A DNA stretch of 64,000 bases from the IMG/VR virus record IMGVR_UViG_3300041964_000099, positions 32,001 to 96,000 of that record, one strand, 5' to 3'. The DNA is from a virus. This document shows positions 1 to 9,666 of this stretch, piece by piece. The notes below the pieces were generated by a model. That model saw only the letters and a program-made list of their open reading frames with translations. It was not told the DNA's origin and searched no databases. Made by a program: the position numbers and the translations under genes. Every line of letters begins with the position of its first letter. The first letter of the stretch is position 1.

Positions 1-32
1 TGTTTTTTGCGCCAACTCATTCATTTAGCAAC

Positions 33-1109
33 ATGCTGACATTTTCATCAACGCCACTCCCTACAGCGGTGTTAGAGGCGATCGTCCAGAGTCCAGTGCG
101 CAAACTGGGCGATCGCAGCTATGCCCTCGAATTGCCGCCCATGAGCCACGAGGATTATCAAGCCTGCAAGAAAGTCATGGTGGCTCTGCGGGGAATGTGG
201 AGCAGTTCAAAGCAGGCCCACCTGTTTAGCTATGACCCGACTGCGGCGATCGCCAGCCTGATTCAAGCTGGAACGTTCCCCAAAACCAATCCGCATCAGT
301 TTCACCCAACACCAGAAATTGAAATTGAAGACTTGCTGGATTTCATCGGCCTCTGTGATTGGCCCTGGCAGGAAGACATCACAGGATTAGAGCCGAGCGC
401 TGGAGATGGCCGATTGGCTCTAGCTGCTCAAAAACGCAGTCCCAGAGCGAAGCTCGATGTCGTTGAGATTGACCCATTCAATCGCGAAATTCTCGCGGGC
501 CTGGGCCTGCATCTAGTGGGCAGTGACTGGCTTAAAACCACGCTTGAGAAAGAATACGATTTTGTCGTCCTCAACCCGCCATTTAAGGGAACCCAGTACG
601 TTGACCACACTTTGAAGGCGTTCGACGCTCTAAAAATGTTTCGGCAGCTTGGGGCGATCGTGCCAGAAATAATGCTGTCAGACTCATCTCCAAAAGTGCG
701 ACGCTTTCGCAACCTCATTGCGGAGTGCGGCTGGTGGGAGCCAATCGGCGCTCCGTTTAAAACAACCAAAACGCGCTGCCTGATGATCCGGCTCGATCGC
801 CTCAGTCAGGCCGAGCGCGATCGCGGCTGGCAGCAGATGGGCGCATACGAATCGCGATACCACTGCGATATCGAGCAGGCACTCGAAACCGATGGGCAAT
901 GGTATGAATTCATGCAGTCGCTGGCTAAAGAGGAGTCTAAGGCCCACGTCAAAGCAATGCTGCCCGTCCGCCTGACTCAAGCCGTAGAGCGAATGATTCG
1001 CGAAGAATACTGCTGTTTTCTCTACAACGATCGCGTGAAGGCGCAACTGATGCGATCGCTACTGCGCGAGCTGGGCCTTGAGCCTGATCAACGCTGGCAA
1101 GCTGCTTAG
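33..1109 (+). CDS. SAM-dependent DNA methyltransferase (N6-adenine/N4-cytosine type), orphan
   Basis: Motif I LEPSAGDG, VEID and catalytic motif IV NPPF; no adjacent restriction endonuclease recognised. Confidence 0.8.
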   Translation: MLTFSSTPLPTAVLEAIVQSPVRKLGDRSYALELPPMSHEDYQACKKVMVALRGMWSSSKQAHLFSYDPTAAIASLIQAGTFPKTNPHQFHPTPEIEIEDLLDFIGLCDWPWQEDITGLEPSAGDGRLALAAQKRSPRAKLDVVEIDPFNREILAGLGLHLVGSDWLKTTLEKEYDFVVLNPPFKGTQYVDHTLKAFDALKMFRQLGAIVPEIMLSDSSPKVRRFRNLIAECGWWEPIGAPFKTTKTRCLMIRLDRLSQAERDRGWQQMGAYESRYHCDIEQALETDGQWYEFMQSLAKEESKAHVKAMLPVRLTQAVERMIREEYCCFLYNDRVKAQLMRSLLRELGLEPDQRWQAA

Positions 1110-1118
1110 GAAAAAACT

Positions 1119-1610
1119 ATGGGACTACGACAGCTCAATTGGGAAGAAGCGATCGGGCAGAAGGTGCGAATTTATCGCAACCTGAACAACGGCACGATGT
1201 CGATTCAGCAAAAAATTGAGAAAAGCTGGAAAGTCACCGGCCACATCACTGAAGCTGTGTTGAAAGATGTGCGCTTCGTCGTTTCAGAGGCAAGCCGTCA
1301 GCGAGTGATTCGTGAACGTTGCAAAAATGTTCACGCTTATGGTGAAGGAATTTTGGTCGGGATGCGTGATGAAACGATTTATGCGCCCTATCGCCTAGCG
1401 TACAACCCTTACACCGATTGTAAGTTCCTCGATCGCGAGTCACGCCAGACGATCGAGCGCTGCGCGTTTCTCGTGGTGCGCAACAACTTGGTCTTCGTCA
1501 GTGCGGATGCACTGCCCGCGAATGATCGATCGCCCGCTGCTCGCCGTAGTCCCAAGCTGCCGCAGTTCAACTTGATTCAGTTCCAGCAGTTTGCGATCGC
1601 TGCGGCTTAA
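1119..1610 (+). CDS. Conserved phage hypothetical protein
   Basis: VRIYRNLNNG...LKDVRFVVSEASRQRVIRERCKNVHAY resembles a family I recall as recurrent in phages; gene follows the MTase after 9 bp. Confidence 0.6.
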   Translation: MGLRQLNWEEAIGQKVRIYRNLNNGTMSIQQKIEKSWKVTGHITEAVLKDVRFVVSEASRQRVIRERCKNVHAYGEGILVGMRDETIYAPYRLAYNPYTDCKFLDRESRQTIERCAFLVVRNNLVFVSADALPANDRSPAARRSPKLPQFNLIQFQQFAIAAA

Positions 1611-1665
1611 GCCAGATCACGATCGCCAACAGCACGTAAAAAAATCCACTTACAACGTCAACCCT

Positions 1666-1965
1666 ATGCTGACGCATTTATCCTATTGCGGCTCTGATCA
1701 TGGCGTGCAGCTATACGATCGTTTCCGCTTTCCACTAAATTTCTCACGCCCTGACGAAATCTACCCTTACACCTGGAGGGCGATCGCCTTTGGTGGCCCT
1801 GGCCGCCCAGAAACCGTGCTGGTAGAGCGGCTGCACGACGGCTGCCAGCGCTGGCTTTCGACGCGGCTGGCGTCACATTATCTGCTGTATGACTATCACC
1901 GTGCGCAGCGGTTTAATGAACTTTGGGGGGAAAGACTGCGCAAATATCGAGCAAAAACTCGGTAA
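1666..1965 (+). CDS. Hypothetical protein
   Basis: ORF 1591-1965; the ATG at 1666 removes the overlap with the upstream gene. Confidence 0.45.
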   Translation: MLTHLSYCGSDHGVQLYDRFRFPLNFSRPDEIYPYTWRAIAFGGPGRPETVLVERLHDGCQRWLSTRLASHYLLYDYHRAQRFNELWGERLRKYRAKTR

Positions 1966-2096
1966 AACTCGATCGAGTTGTTCACGTTTACGGTGAGCTT
2001 GAATCAAATCACGATCGCCAACATCAAACAAGCAAAACTGCTGTTAGCGATTGGTACGCTTGTTCTACTATTGACATTAAATCAAGGAGTTGAATC

Positions 2097-2423
2097 ATGC
2101 AGATCATGGCAGAGAAAGACGGATTTCATTATGGAGACGTTAAAATTCAGCGGCTTAGCCTGCGCACTAAAGAATCGCCGCACAACCTTGCCGATCGCGC
2201 AGTGTTCGGCGATCGTCCCGCTAGCGGAACACTAACTTACACCAAAGGCTTGCAGCATTGGACTGTGACGGCGAGCGGCAATACCCTAACCAATGTCCTT
2301 CATGCCAGCTTGCACCGCGCCAAGGACATTGCGAACAAAGTTGCGCTTGGAGCATCTGATCCTGTGGATATTGCCGCTGATCTAGAAGCAGCAGGCTGGG
2401 AAGTTTACCCGGAGTTGCCATGA
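2097..2423 (+). CDS. Hypothetical protein
   Basis: AAGGAG RBS upstream; ATGA stop/start overlap with the next gene. Confidence 0.65.
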   Translation: MQIMAEKDGFHYGDVKIQRLSLRTKESPHNLADRAVFGDRPASGTLTYTKGLQHWTVTASGNTLTNVLHASLHRAKDIANKVALGASDPVDIAADLEAAGWEVYPELP

Positions 2424-2626
2424 GCCTAATGCAAGATTTAGAGCAATCGCTGAGTTTTTTGGGGCTGAGCTTAGTCGATATCAGCGATCGCCCTCCGTAC
2501 AACGAGCGCAAAGGTAAAACCTACGGTGTGTTCCAAGGAGCGCAAATGCTTTGCTCTTATGCCACACCTCGGCAGATCCGAGATTGGATGACTAGAAAAA
2601 TCAGCAGCAAAAAAAGCCATGAGTAA
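2420..2626 (+). CDS. Hypothetical protein
   Basis: Overlaps both neighbouring genes, consistent with translational coupling. Confidence 0.55.
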   Translation: MSLMQDLEQSLSFLGLSLVDISDRPPYNERKGKTYGVFQGAQMLCSYATPRQIRDWMTRKISSKKSHE

Positions 2627-2945
2627 AGCACCAAAACTATCTGAATACCAGCGCGACATCCTAGCTGCCATGCGGAGATGGTTTGACCAGAATCCTGCTC
2701 CAGTGAAAATTGGGGCGCTGGTTCGCCTCAAAGCAAATAGCGGTCTGTTGGCAAATCCTGAATGCGATGCGGTCATCATTGGAGCCACGACAGAATGCGC
2801 CCTTGATTTAGATGATGATCGCGAATACCTCAGCGATCGAATTTGGGTCTATTATGTGCAGCCGCTGCTGCGCGACAAAGACGGGGATGACTGGCAAGAC
2901 GGCAAGGCTGAGCCAGAAGACATTCTGTTTGTCTATTCGGAATGA
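2619..2945 (+). CDS. Hypothetical protein
   Basis: 108-aa ORF coupled to the upstream gene. Confidence 0.6.
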   Translation: MSKAPKLSEYQRDILAAMRRWFDQNPAPVKIGALVRLKANSGLLANPECDAVIIGATTECALDLDDDREYLSDRIWVYYVQPLLRDKDGDDWQDGKAEPEDILFVYSE

Positions 2946-3020
2946 TTTTGCGGGCCGCAGCCGCCGTAGGTTGTGGCTGCGATCGTTGACACTATCAACA
3001 TTCAATTTTGAGGAGTAGCC

Positions 3021-3533
3021 ATGTCCAGCGGATATAACGAGGAAATTGATGCAGCGATTATTGCCAAAAATTTAGAATCTGAGCTGATTGACGATTTGGT
3101 TAATGCCTATTTTGAGCTGTCTTCGTTTCCAGAAAGTCTGTCAGAATTTCCTGACTGGTTTCAAGAGAAGGTCGCAACAGAAGTACAGGAGTTTGACAAC
3201 AACACAGACTATGCCGAAAGCGGCGACGCGCAAGAAATCTTGAAGCGATACCCACAGTACGATTCCAACTTAAGCATTGAATCTTCCACAATCGAATGCA
3301 GCGTAGACCTTAAGGGGCTGCTGAGTTCAGTAGCCGCTGCTGTCCTTGAAAAAGCTGTTTACGCAGCACTTGATCAGCGGTTTTACACGATCTCCCAACT
3401 TGACTGGGATGAAATCGTTCAAGACTATCGCGATGGAGGCATGGAGATCGAATGGTCTCCAGACGATTCACCTTGGCCGGATTCGGAAGAACTTCGAGAA
3501 ATTATCACTGAAACTGTCACTGTAGAAGGATAA
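3021..3533 (+). CDS. Acidic hypothetical protein
   Basis: GAGGAG RBS; strongly D/E-rich 170 aa. Confidence 0.7.
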   Translation: MSSGYNEEIDAAIIAKNLESELIDDLVNAYFELSSFPESLSEFPDWFQEKVATEVQEFDNNTDYAESGDAQEILKRYPQYDSNLSIESSTIECSVDLKGLLSSVAAAVLEKAVYAALDQRFYTISQLDWDEIVQDYRDGGMEIEWSPDDSPWPDSEELREIITETVTVEG

Positions 3534-3538
3534 AGCCG

Positions 3539-4468
3539 ATGTCTTCAATTCAACCTCCAAATCAACATTTAGTTGGCAAAAAGTTCATCGACCCCGACGA
3601 CAGCCAAGGGCTGTTGGAAGTCGTTGAAGTGTGCAGCGCAGAGCCTGAATATGTGCTAGTCAGATTTATAGGCACTGAAACAGTCTGGCAGCAATCAACA
3701 GAGTCTGTTGAAGCATTGCTGCACAGTGTTGTAGCAGATCTTTCAAAACACGGAACGTTTGAAACTTTCGACAATCCCGATCGGTCTGCCAAACTTCATT
3801 ATTATTCTGAATATCTGTGCAATGGGTATCGATTTGAAATTGCTGAAGAAGAGGGAACCGATACCACCCCTTCCCTTTTCTCAGTTACTGCTATTGGCTC
3901 AACTCCTAGTGCTTCAAACCAACCAGGTTTACGCACGAAGATAAAAATCAATTGCAAAGAGCGTTGGGAGGCAAAAAGCTGGGGCGAAGCTGAAATGATA
4001 GCTTTCCCAAGGATTTACCGTCATGCGTTTCTGGCAGACGGAATTACTTACTCTCAGCTTGAGAAGCTGTATCAGCAAGGGCAAGCTCAGTTTGCCGTCG
4101 ATCACATCAACCATCGTGAAATTGTGTGGCGAGGCACACGCTATTACTGCGGCTGGTCTTCCGAAAAAACCGATACTACTCCAGGCTGGATCGTTTACGA
4201 CGCAGCCAAAGAAATCAATCTGTCGCTTATTGATGTGGCCGTTGTGCCGATGGCTAAAGCTGAGCGAGTGAAGTCATTCAGTCAGTATGAACAAGAAATT
4301 TCAGCACTGATTAAGTCTGCTACTCCTAGCGATTATCTTGTAGACCTTGATAAGCAAGATCTAGACGAAATCAAAGGTCAAATCTTGACTCATTTAATGC
4401 AAAATAATGGCCGAGTTTCTGACTCAGATGTTTGCGCCATTGTCCGTGAAATACTTGCCAAGCTCTAG
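3539..4468 (+). CDS. Hypothetical protein
   Basis: 309-aa ORF starting 5 bp after the previous stop. Confidence 0.7.
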   Translation: MSSIQPPNQHLVGKKFIDPDDSQGLLEVVEVCSAEPEYVLVRFIGTETVWQQSTESVEALLHSVVADLSKHGTFETFDNPDRSAKLHYYSEYLCNGYRFEIAEEEGTDTTPSLFSVTAIGSTPSASNQPGLRTKIKINCKERWEAKSWGEAEMIAFPRIYRHAFLADGITYSQLEKLYQQGQAQFAVDHINHREIVWRGTRYYCGWSSEKTDTTPGWIVYDAAKEINLSLIDVAVVPMAKAERVKSFSQYEQEISALIKSATPSDYLVDLDKQDLDEIKGQILTHLMQNNGRVSDSDVCAIVREILAKL

Positions 4469-4488
4469 AAGCAACAAGGAGAGAACCC

Positions 4489-5370
4489 ATGCCGATTAAA
4501 TTTATGTCCTACCTCAATACAGATGAAATATCGATCGAGGAGCTTCAAGCGCTCGCCAAAGAAGAAGAGATTGTTGCCCGTGCAGAATTTTCTGGCTCAG
4601 AAGGCTGCTTCGTTGAAGTGTGTCGCTGGAACCCAGCCACACAATGCTTTGAAAGATACTGCTTTGAAAAGTTTCTAGGGGGTGAGCTGGGTAATGATGC
4701 AAATGCACTTGATACCGCGATCGCCGTCGCCGCACAAATTGCGCCGCTGACGCCCGATCATCGACTCTTCAGGTCTATGTCTAGGTGGTCTGGCCTGCAA
4801 ATCAAAAGTGAATCATCTCCTGCTCCAATTCAACCTTCAAGAAAATTAAGCTTTATTCAATCGAGTAGAGCTGGATACTTTGAAGCTGCTCGAAGCAAAA
4901 TGCGAGGGCAAGGCATCGTAGACGATGTAATCCTCTTCGTTGAAGACGAAGAAAGCAGAATCGAAGCGATCATGACTTGGTATGTGCTTCCTAATCAAAA
5001 CTGGCCTTCTCCTGTTCTGGAACTGTTTGATGAAGCATGGAGAATGTTCAACGTGCTTCCAGACCTGTTTCAAAATCTCGCTGAAATCAGCAAAGCTCAA
5101 TCAGAACGAAGTATTCAACCTGCCGAATTTTGCAAGCTGCTGAAACAGCTTGGATTTGTAGATGAAACCATACAAGGCCCAACGGTCAAAGAATACGATG
5201 CCTTAAAAGCGGCTGCACATCATTATGGTGTGCAGTGGAAAGGATTCTTAAAAGACTGCTGGAGAACAGGTAAGTTTCCACAGGCGCTTGCAGGGCAGGT
5301 AGACGAGTTGCGGGCATTGCATCGTCGGCTGGGGGAATCCTGGCTGAATCCGTTTGAGCTGCGTCTGTAG
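4489..5370 (+). CDS. Hypothetical protein
   Basis: AAGGAG RBS; 293 aa. Confidence 0.7.
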   Translation: MPIKFMSYLNTDEISIEELQALAKEEEIVARAEFSGSEGCFVEVCRWNPATQCFERYCFEKFLGGELGNDANALDTAIAVAAQIAPLTPDHRLFRSMSRWSGLQIKSESSPAPIQPSRKLSFIQSSRAGYFEAARSKMRGQGIVDDVILFVEDEESRIEAIMTWYVLPNQNWPSPVLELFDEAWRMFNVLPDLFQNLAEISKAQSERSIQPAEFCKLLKQLGFVDETIQGPTVKEYDALKAAAHHYGVQWKGFLKDCWRTGKFPQALAGQVDELRALHRRLGESWLNPFELRL

Positions 5371-5455
5371 CTATCAATCTCATCCATGCCCGACTTGATG
5401 CGATCGAAAAACGGCTAGACAAAGATTAACAATTTCACTTATCAGGAGAACGCCC

Positions 5456-6367
5456 GTGCCTAGAAAACCCAAACTAACCAATGAGCAATTTTTAGCGCTG
5501 GTTAATTCAGTGCTTGAAGCACTGAATAAGCTTGACACCGATCGCACCTGGTCGATCTCCAGCGAAAGCGGCGCTCAAATCAGATTTGGAGCTAATGGTT
5601 CGCTTCTTACAAACATTTGGTATCGAGCGCAATCACACCAGTTGGTTATAGGTGAAGCTTCAAAGTTTACAGTTTCTGCCAACAAGCCGATCGATGAAAT
5701 TGCTCGCACCATTCACGTCAAATATGTCATTCCTGCCGTAGAACGCAGCAAGCAGTATTGGGCAAAACGACAGGAAGAGAAGGAGCTTGAGGACGCCAAA
5801 CACAAATTGGCCGCTGAGCTAGCGGCCTTGATTGGAGATGTGGTTACAGAACACCGTCCATACCATTTCAGTCATTTTTTGGGTGAGGGCTACCAAGGGA
5901 TTTATGTTTCAGGGAAAGTCAACTCGCTAGATTCGATCGAGTTGAACATCGTTCAACTCAAATCCAAAGAGCAGGCGATCGCCCTGCTGGAGTTTCTGAA
6001 AGAGTTGAACTCAGCCGATCGATCGGCCACCAAACAGCAGCAGCTCCAACGACAATTAAGAGATGGCAATATGAACGAAGGTATTGACAAAGCAGTAGAG
6101 GCAGCATCAGCAAGCGATCGCTTCAAGCAGAAAATTGCGACTATTCCGGTCGAGCAGCTTCGATCGGTACAGTTCGCGGTTGAAAGCCTGCCTGAGATGC
6201 CGCATCAAATCCTGGGCAGCGATCTGATAGAGCAAAAGGCAATAGACGCCAATTTAATCCGCTGGCTGATTCAGCGTGAGCTTGACACCAGAAAAGCAGG
6301 TGAACTGCCATATTCTTACGGGGAAATGTATTTGGCAATGGGCATTCCCAAAGAGTTTTTACGTTGA
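5456..6367 (+). CDS. Hypothetical protein
   Basis: AGGAG RBS, GTG start; 303 aa. Confidence 0.7.
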   Translation: MPRKPKLTNEQFLALVNSVLEALNKLDTDRTWSISSESGAQIRFGANGSLLTNIWYRAQSHQLVIGEASKFTVSANKPIDEIARTIHVKYVIPAVERSKQYWAKRQEEKELEDAKHKLAAELAALIGDVVTEHRPYHFSHFLGEGYQGIYVSGKVNSLDSIELNIVQLKSKEQAIALLEFLKELNSADRSATKQQQLQRQLRDGNMNEGIDKAVEAASASDRFKQKIATIPVEQLRSVQFAVESLPEMPHQILGSDLIEQKAIDANLIRWLIQRELDTRKAGELPYSYGEMYLAMGIPKEFLR

Positions 6368-6402
6368 TTCCCGGCAGCCTTACACACTCGATCGATTCCA
6401 CC

Positions 6403-6609
6403 ATGATTTACGAATTCAGAAATCTAAACACAATTGAAGACCGGAAGTTTGAAGCAGACAGTTTCATCGAGGCTCTAAGTTTGGTCAGTAAAGAATGGTT
6501 TGACGGTTCACCTGTTATTGATTTTGTCCGAGATGACAGTTCTAGGGTCACGCTTCTGAGCAACAACCCACACGCAAACGTGATCGGCAGAGTTTACTTT
6601 TGGGATTAA
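6403..6609 (+). CDS. Small hypothetical protein
   Basis: In-frame ATG at 6403 within ORF 6364-6609. Confidence 0.5.
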   Translation: MIYEFRNLNTIEDRKFEADSFIEALSLVSKEWFDGSPVIDFVRDDSSRVTLLSNNPHANVIGRVYFWD

Positions 6610-6664
6610 AGCGATCGACAGCGATCGATGTGATAACAGCTAGCTAACTCAAAAGGACAATCTT

Positions 6665-6973
6665 ATGAGCATTCAAACAGAAACTGTACAGCATCAAATG
6701 CCATATGCTTTTTCTGACCGAGCAGGATACGAAACAATTCAGCCAATAGTTTGTCCAGGCGATCAAATCACAATCACGAACTTCTGGGCTGATCCAGTCG
6801 TGGGCACGGTGCTACAAGTTTCGGAGGCTGGCTTGCTGTGGGTCGATGTGCCTGTTGCCACGAATGGAGGAGGCCCAGCGGTAGTAGTGTCGCGAAGCTA
6901 CGTGACTCGCATTGAAAGAGGCGAGTGCATCTGGGAGCGAAATCCAGCGATCGCCTGCGATAACAACGGCTAA
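6665..6973 (+). CDS. Hypothetical protein (possible SH3/KOW-like beta barrel)
   Basis: AAAGGA RBS; PGDQITI...GTVLQV...LWVDV pattern; flanked by ~46-bp direct repeats. Confidence 0.6.
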   Translation: MSIQTETVQHQMPYAFSDRAGYETIQPIVCPGDQITITNFWADPVVGTVLQVSEAGLLWVDVPVATNGGGPAVVVSRSYVTRIERGECIWERNPAIACDNNG

Positions 6974-6996
6974 ATCAAGAGAACAATCTTATTACT

Positions 6997-7593
6997 GTGC
7001 AGACCATGACAACCTCCTTACGCCTATTTGACACTGGCAACCAAACCGAAATTCTCGTTTTTCAAACCGATCGGCATGAGTTTAGATCTATTCCTGTTGC
7101 CGAGCAAAATCATCGGTTTTACAAGCGAAATCTGCAACAAACCTTTCAAACCTGCGTTGTCGATGAAGCGGACTTGTCCATCCAAGAAAAGCGTCTCAGA
7201 GATAACGCAAAGCGTCTGCCAGTCTACTTCACACAGGATTACGAAGTCTCTGCTAGCGTTCAGATAATTGAAGCAGACAAAGCGATTTTGACGTTCGAGC
7301 CGCTGGCACATCCCATCTGGCTGGAGAACGACGCAAGGCATCGAGCTTACAATCTGCCTGAGACGGCAGAAGTGTCGATGCCTGTGTCTAGTCTGCTCGC
7401 AGCAACAATTCGCGAATGGCGCATAGGCAAGCAAAAGCCCAGCGATACAGACGCACCCACGAAAATCACAGGCTACGTTTATAGCCTCATCAACACGAGG
7501 GTAGGGCTACAGGTTTCGTCAGTTAGCTGGCAAAGCGGAGCGTTTGGGGCAGGAATCACTTTTTGCCATGTTACGATTCGCCTCCCGTCCTAA
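6997..7593 (+). CDS. Hypothetical protein
   Basis: 198-aa ORF in the co-oriented array. Confidence 0.6.
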   Translation: MQTMTTSLRLFDTGNQTEILVFQTDRHEFRSIPVAEQNHRFYKRNLQQTFQTCVVDEADLSIQEKRLRDNAKRLPVYFTQDYEVSASVQIIEADKAILTFEPLAHPIWLENDARHRAYNLPETAEVSMPVSSLLAATIREWRIGKQKPSDTDAPTKITGYVYSLINTRVGLQVSSVSWQSGAFGAGITFCHVTIRLPS

Positions 7594-7628
7594 AAAAAAT
7601 ATTATCTATCACCTGCCAAGGAGTTTGC

Positions 7629-7862
7629 ATGTCAACCAATTCAGAAACGACCGTCATTAAAACACCCGAAGGAGATGGGGAGCTAACCAACGAAGGTAAG
7701 GGGGGATGGCTTGTCAATCTTCCTTTTGCGAGCTTCAGATATGTTGGAACACGCGCCCAGGTTCGGCAGCTAATCAAGAGAAGTATTGACCAATATCAAG
7801 AGGAAGCAAAAAACAATGACGACGCAACAAAACTGGAACGCCATTCACTATCAACCCGATGA
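7629..7862 (+). CDS. Small hypothetical protein
   Basis: AAGGAG RBS before the ATG at 7629. Confidence 0.6.
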   Translation: MSTNSETTVIKTPEGDGELTNEGKGGWLVNLPFASFRYVGTRAQVRQLIKRSIDQYQEEAKNNDDATKLERHSLSTR

Positions 7863-8229
7863 CAACTCAACCATCGACAAATACGCTCGCATCCATTCGA
7901 TGCAAGATGTCTGGTACAAGTTAAAAAACTTGTTTCCAATCATTCAAGAACACTGGCTAGGAACGTTTGAAGCGCGTCGCTATGGGCACATTGCTGGCCT
8001 GATCGAACACGACGATCGATTTGCTGCAATTCGTGACCCAATGGGGCCGAAAAATAAAGAAGAATGGGTTCTTTTGGCTCAAGCAGTGATGGAAGCGATG
8101 TATGGCGTTCAGCTAACAGAGCAGGAACTGTATGAGCAAAAATCTTTTGGGCCTTATGACCCCTACAAGCTGCACAACCAGAGAGTTCAGCAGCAGATTG
8201 AAAACCGCTGTTCAAACAAAGAAAAGTAA
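7816..8229 (+). CDS. Hypothetical protein
   Basis: GAGGAAG upstream of the ATG at 7816; coupled to the next gene. Confidence 0.6.
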   Translation: MTTQQNWNAIHYQPDDNSTIDKYARIHSMQDVWYKLKNLFPIIQEHWLGTFEARRYGHIAGLIEHDDRFAAIRDPMGPKNKEEWVLLAQAVMEAMYGVQLTEQELYEQKSFGPYDPYKLHNQRVQQQIENRCSNKEK

Positions 8230-8231
8230 CC

Positions 8232-8729
8232 ATGAATCCCAACGATCACCCCACTATGATCACGCTGATCGGCCAAGTCCGCAAAATTTGGGACGATCAC
8301 TATGCCGCCAACAGGCGCAAATTTGGAGAGCCGGAAGAAGAAGAGTGTTATTTTCATTTGACGCCTTGTTACCGATGCTCAGCTCCTTCCTGGCAGGAAC
8401 CCTGTCCGTGGTGTCACTTTTACCATATGGGCCGTGCTGATGCGAACGAAGCCGAGCAGAATCGCGAGAAAAATCGCCTTCCATTTGAACGATTCAAAAG
8501 CGCCGTAGACACGCATGGCAATTTTGCTGCGCTCTACTTCCGTTGCCACCACAACCCCAAACAATCGGCGATCGATGCGGCTGCGGCGCTGACTGACTGC
8601 CCCACTCCCGAACAAATTTGGGAAGCCGTCACAGGCTTAAACCCTGAGCAGCCGCGATCGGTTTACCCCATCCCCGTAGACCAGCGGGAGGCTCTGTTAA
8701 AACAGCGGTTAGAAGACGACAATTTCTGA
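8232..8729 (+). CDS. Hypothetical protein with CxxC...CxxC zinc-ribbon-like motif
   Basis: CYRC-x7-CPWC; stop overlaps the next start (TGATG). Confidence 0.6.
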   Translation: MNPNDHPTMITLIGQVRKIWDDHYAANRRKFGEPEEEECYFHLTPCYRCSAPSWQEPCPWCHFYHMGRADANEAEQNREKNRLPFERFKSAVDTHGNFAALYFRCHHNPKQSAIDAAAALTDCPTPEQIWEAVTGLNPEQPRSVYPIPVDQREALLKQRLEDDNF

Positions 8730-9109
8730 TGAACAATTCCCCAAAAGCTCTGTTTCCCTCAATCAACGGTGAAGTCAACCCTGACAATCTAATCTGCTCT
8801 GGCCTGATTCCAGCGGAATTGAAGGGCAAACCCTGCCCCTACTCAATCAACGGACGGTTGCCCGACCTTGTTCCACTTGATGAAACCGATCCCAATTACA
8901 GCTCTGACAAAGGCAAGCCTGGAGACCTTTGCCCACCCTGCGCAAAACAACAGCTTGCTCATTTGGGCCACTGGCAAGGGCATCAACAGCAAGCGTTTCC
9001 TGAAGACCTCTTGCCCCTACGGTTGTTCAAGTGCCGCATGTGGTTTTGGCTGGTTATTCCTGGGCTGCATGATGCAGAGCCAACAAAGCTAAGCGAAAAC
9101 AACTCTTAA
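8729..9109 (+). CDS. Cys-containing hypothetical protein
   Basis: CSG..CPY..CPPC..CRMW; coupled start. Confidence 0.6.
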   Translation: MNNSPKALFPSINGEVNPDNLICSGLIPAELKGKPCPYSINGRLPDLVPLDETDPNYSSDKGKPGDLCPPCAKQQLAHLGHWQGHQQQAFPEDLLPLRLFKCRMWFWLVIPGLHDAEPTKLSENNS

Positions 9110-9127
9110 AAAGGAAAGTGACCTAAC

Positions 9128-9607
9128 ATGGAACCGAGCAAAGTAACAATTTTCACGCCCTCGGAAGAGATCATTTTTGAGAAGACCCTACAAGATGGCC
9201 GGGTTGTAACGGTTCATCCAGCCTATGAAAACGCCAAAGTATTTAGGGTCAAATGTGGAGACAAATTCACCCGCGACTCTTATCAAAAACTCGCTGGCGT
9301 CAGAGGGGGAGGGTTTTGCCTTCCCTTTGGCAAAGATGCGGCGTTTGCAATGTCGCCCGAAGAGATCGATCAATTTAATCAGCAATGGCAATCATACCTT
9401 GACCGATTAGATGCACAGCATTTAGCGCAATCTGCTGCTCGCCGCGCTGCATTGGATCAAGTTCATCCCCGACTTAATTGGGCGATCGATACCTACGGCA
9501 CTTATGAAGAGGCCCAGCGCCAAGAAGATACGTTTGCCGCTGATTTGTTGCTGCAATTTGAATCAGGCACAATCGGACTCCCTTTGAACGATTCAGAGGG
9601 AGATTGA
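9128..9607 (+). CDS. Hypothetical protein
   Basis: AAAGGA RBS; 159 aa. Confidence 0.6.
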   Translation: MEPSKVTIFTPSEEIIFEKTLQDGRVVTVHPAYENAKVFRVKCGDKFTRDSYQKLAGVRGGGFCLPFGKDAAFAMSPEEIDQFNQQWQSYLDRLDAQHLAQSAARRAALDQVHPRLNWAIDTYGTYEEAQRQEDTFAADLLLQFESGTIGLPLNDSEGD

Positions 9608-9666
9608 ACAGTGCTAGAAGCTAGATCATTGATAGCTGCGATTGCGATTCTTTATCGTCAATAACC

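Noticed and set aside
1978-2235. 85-aa ORF with a hydrophobic stretch
   Set aside because: TTG start with no RBS, and it overlaps the better supported 2097-2423 gene.
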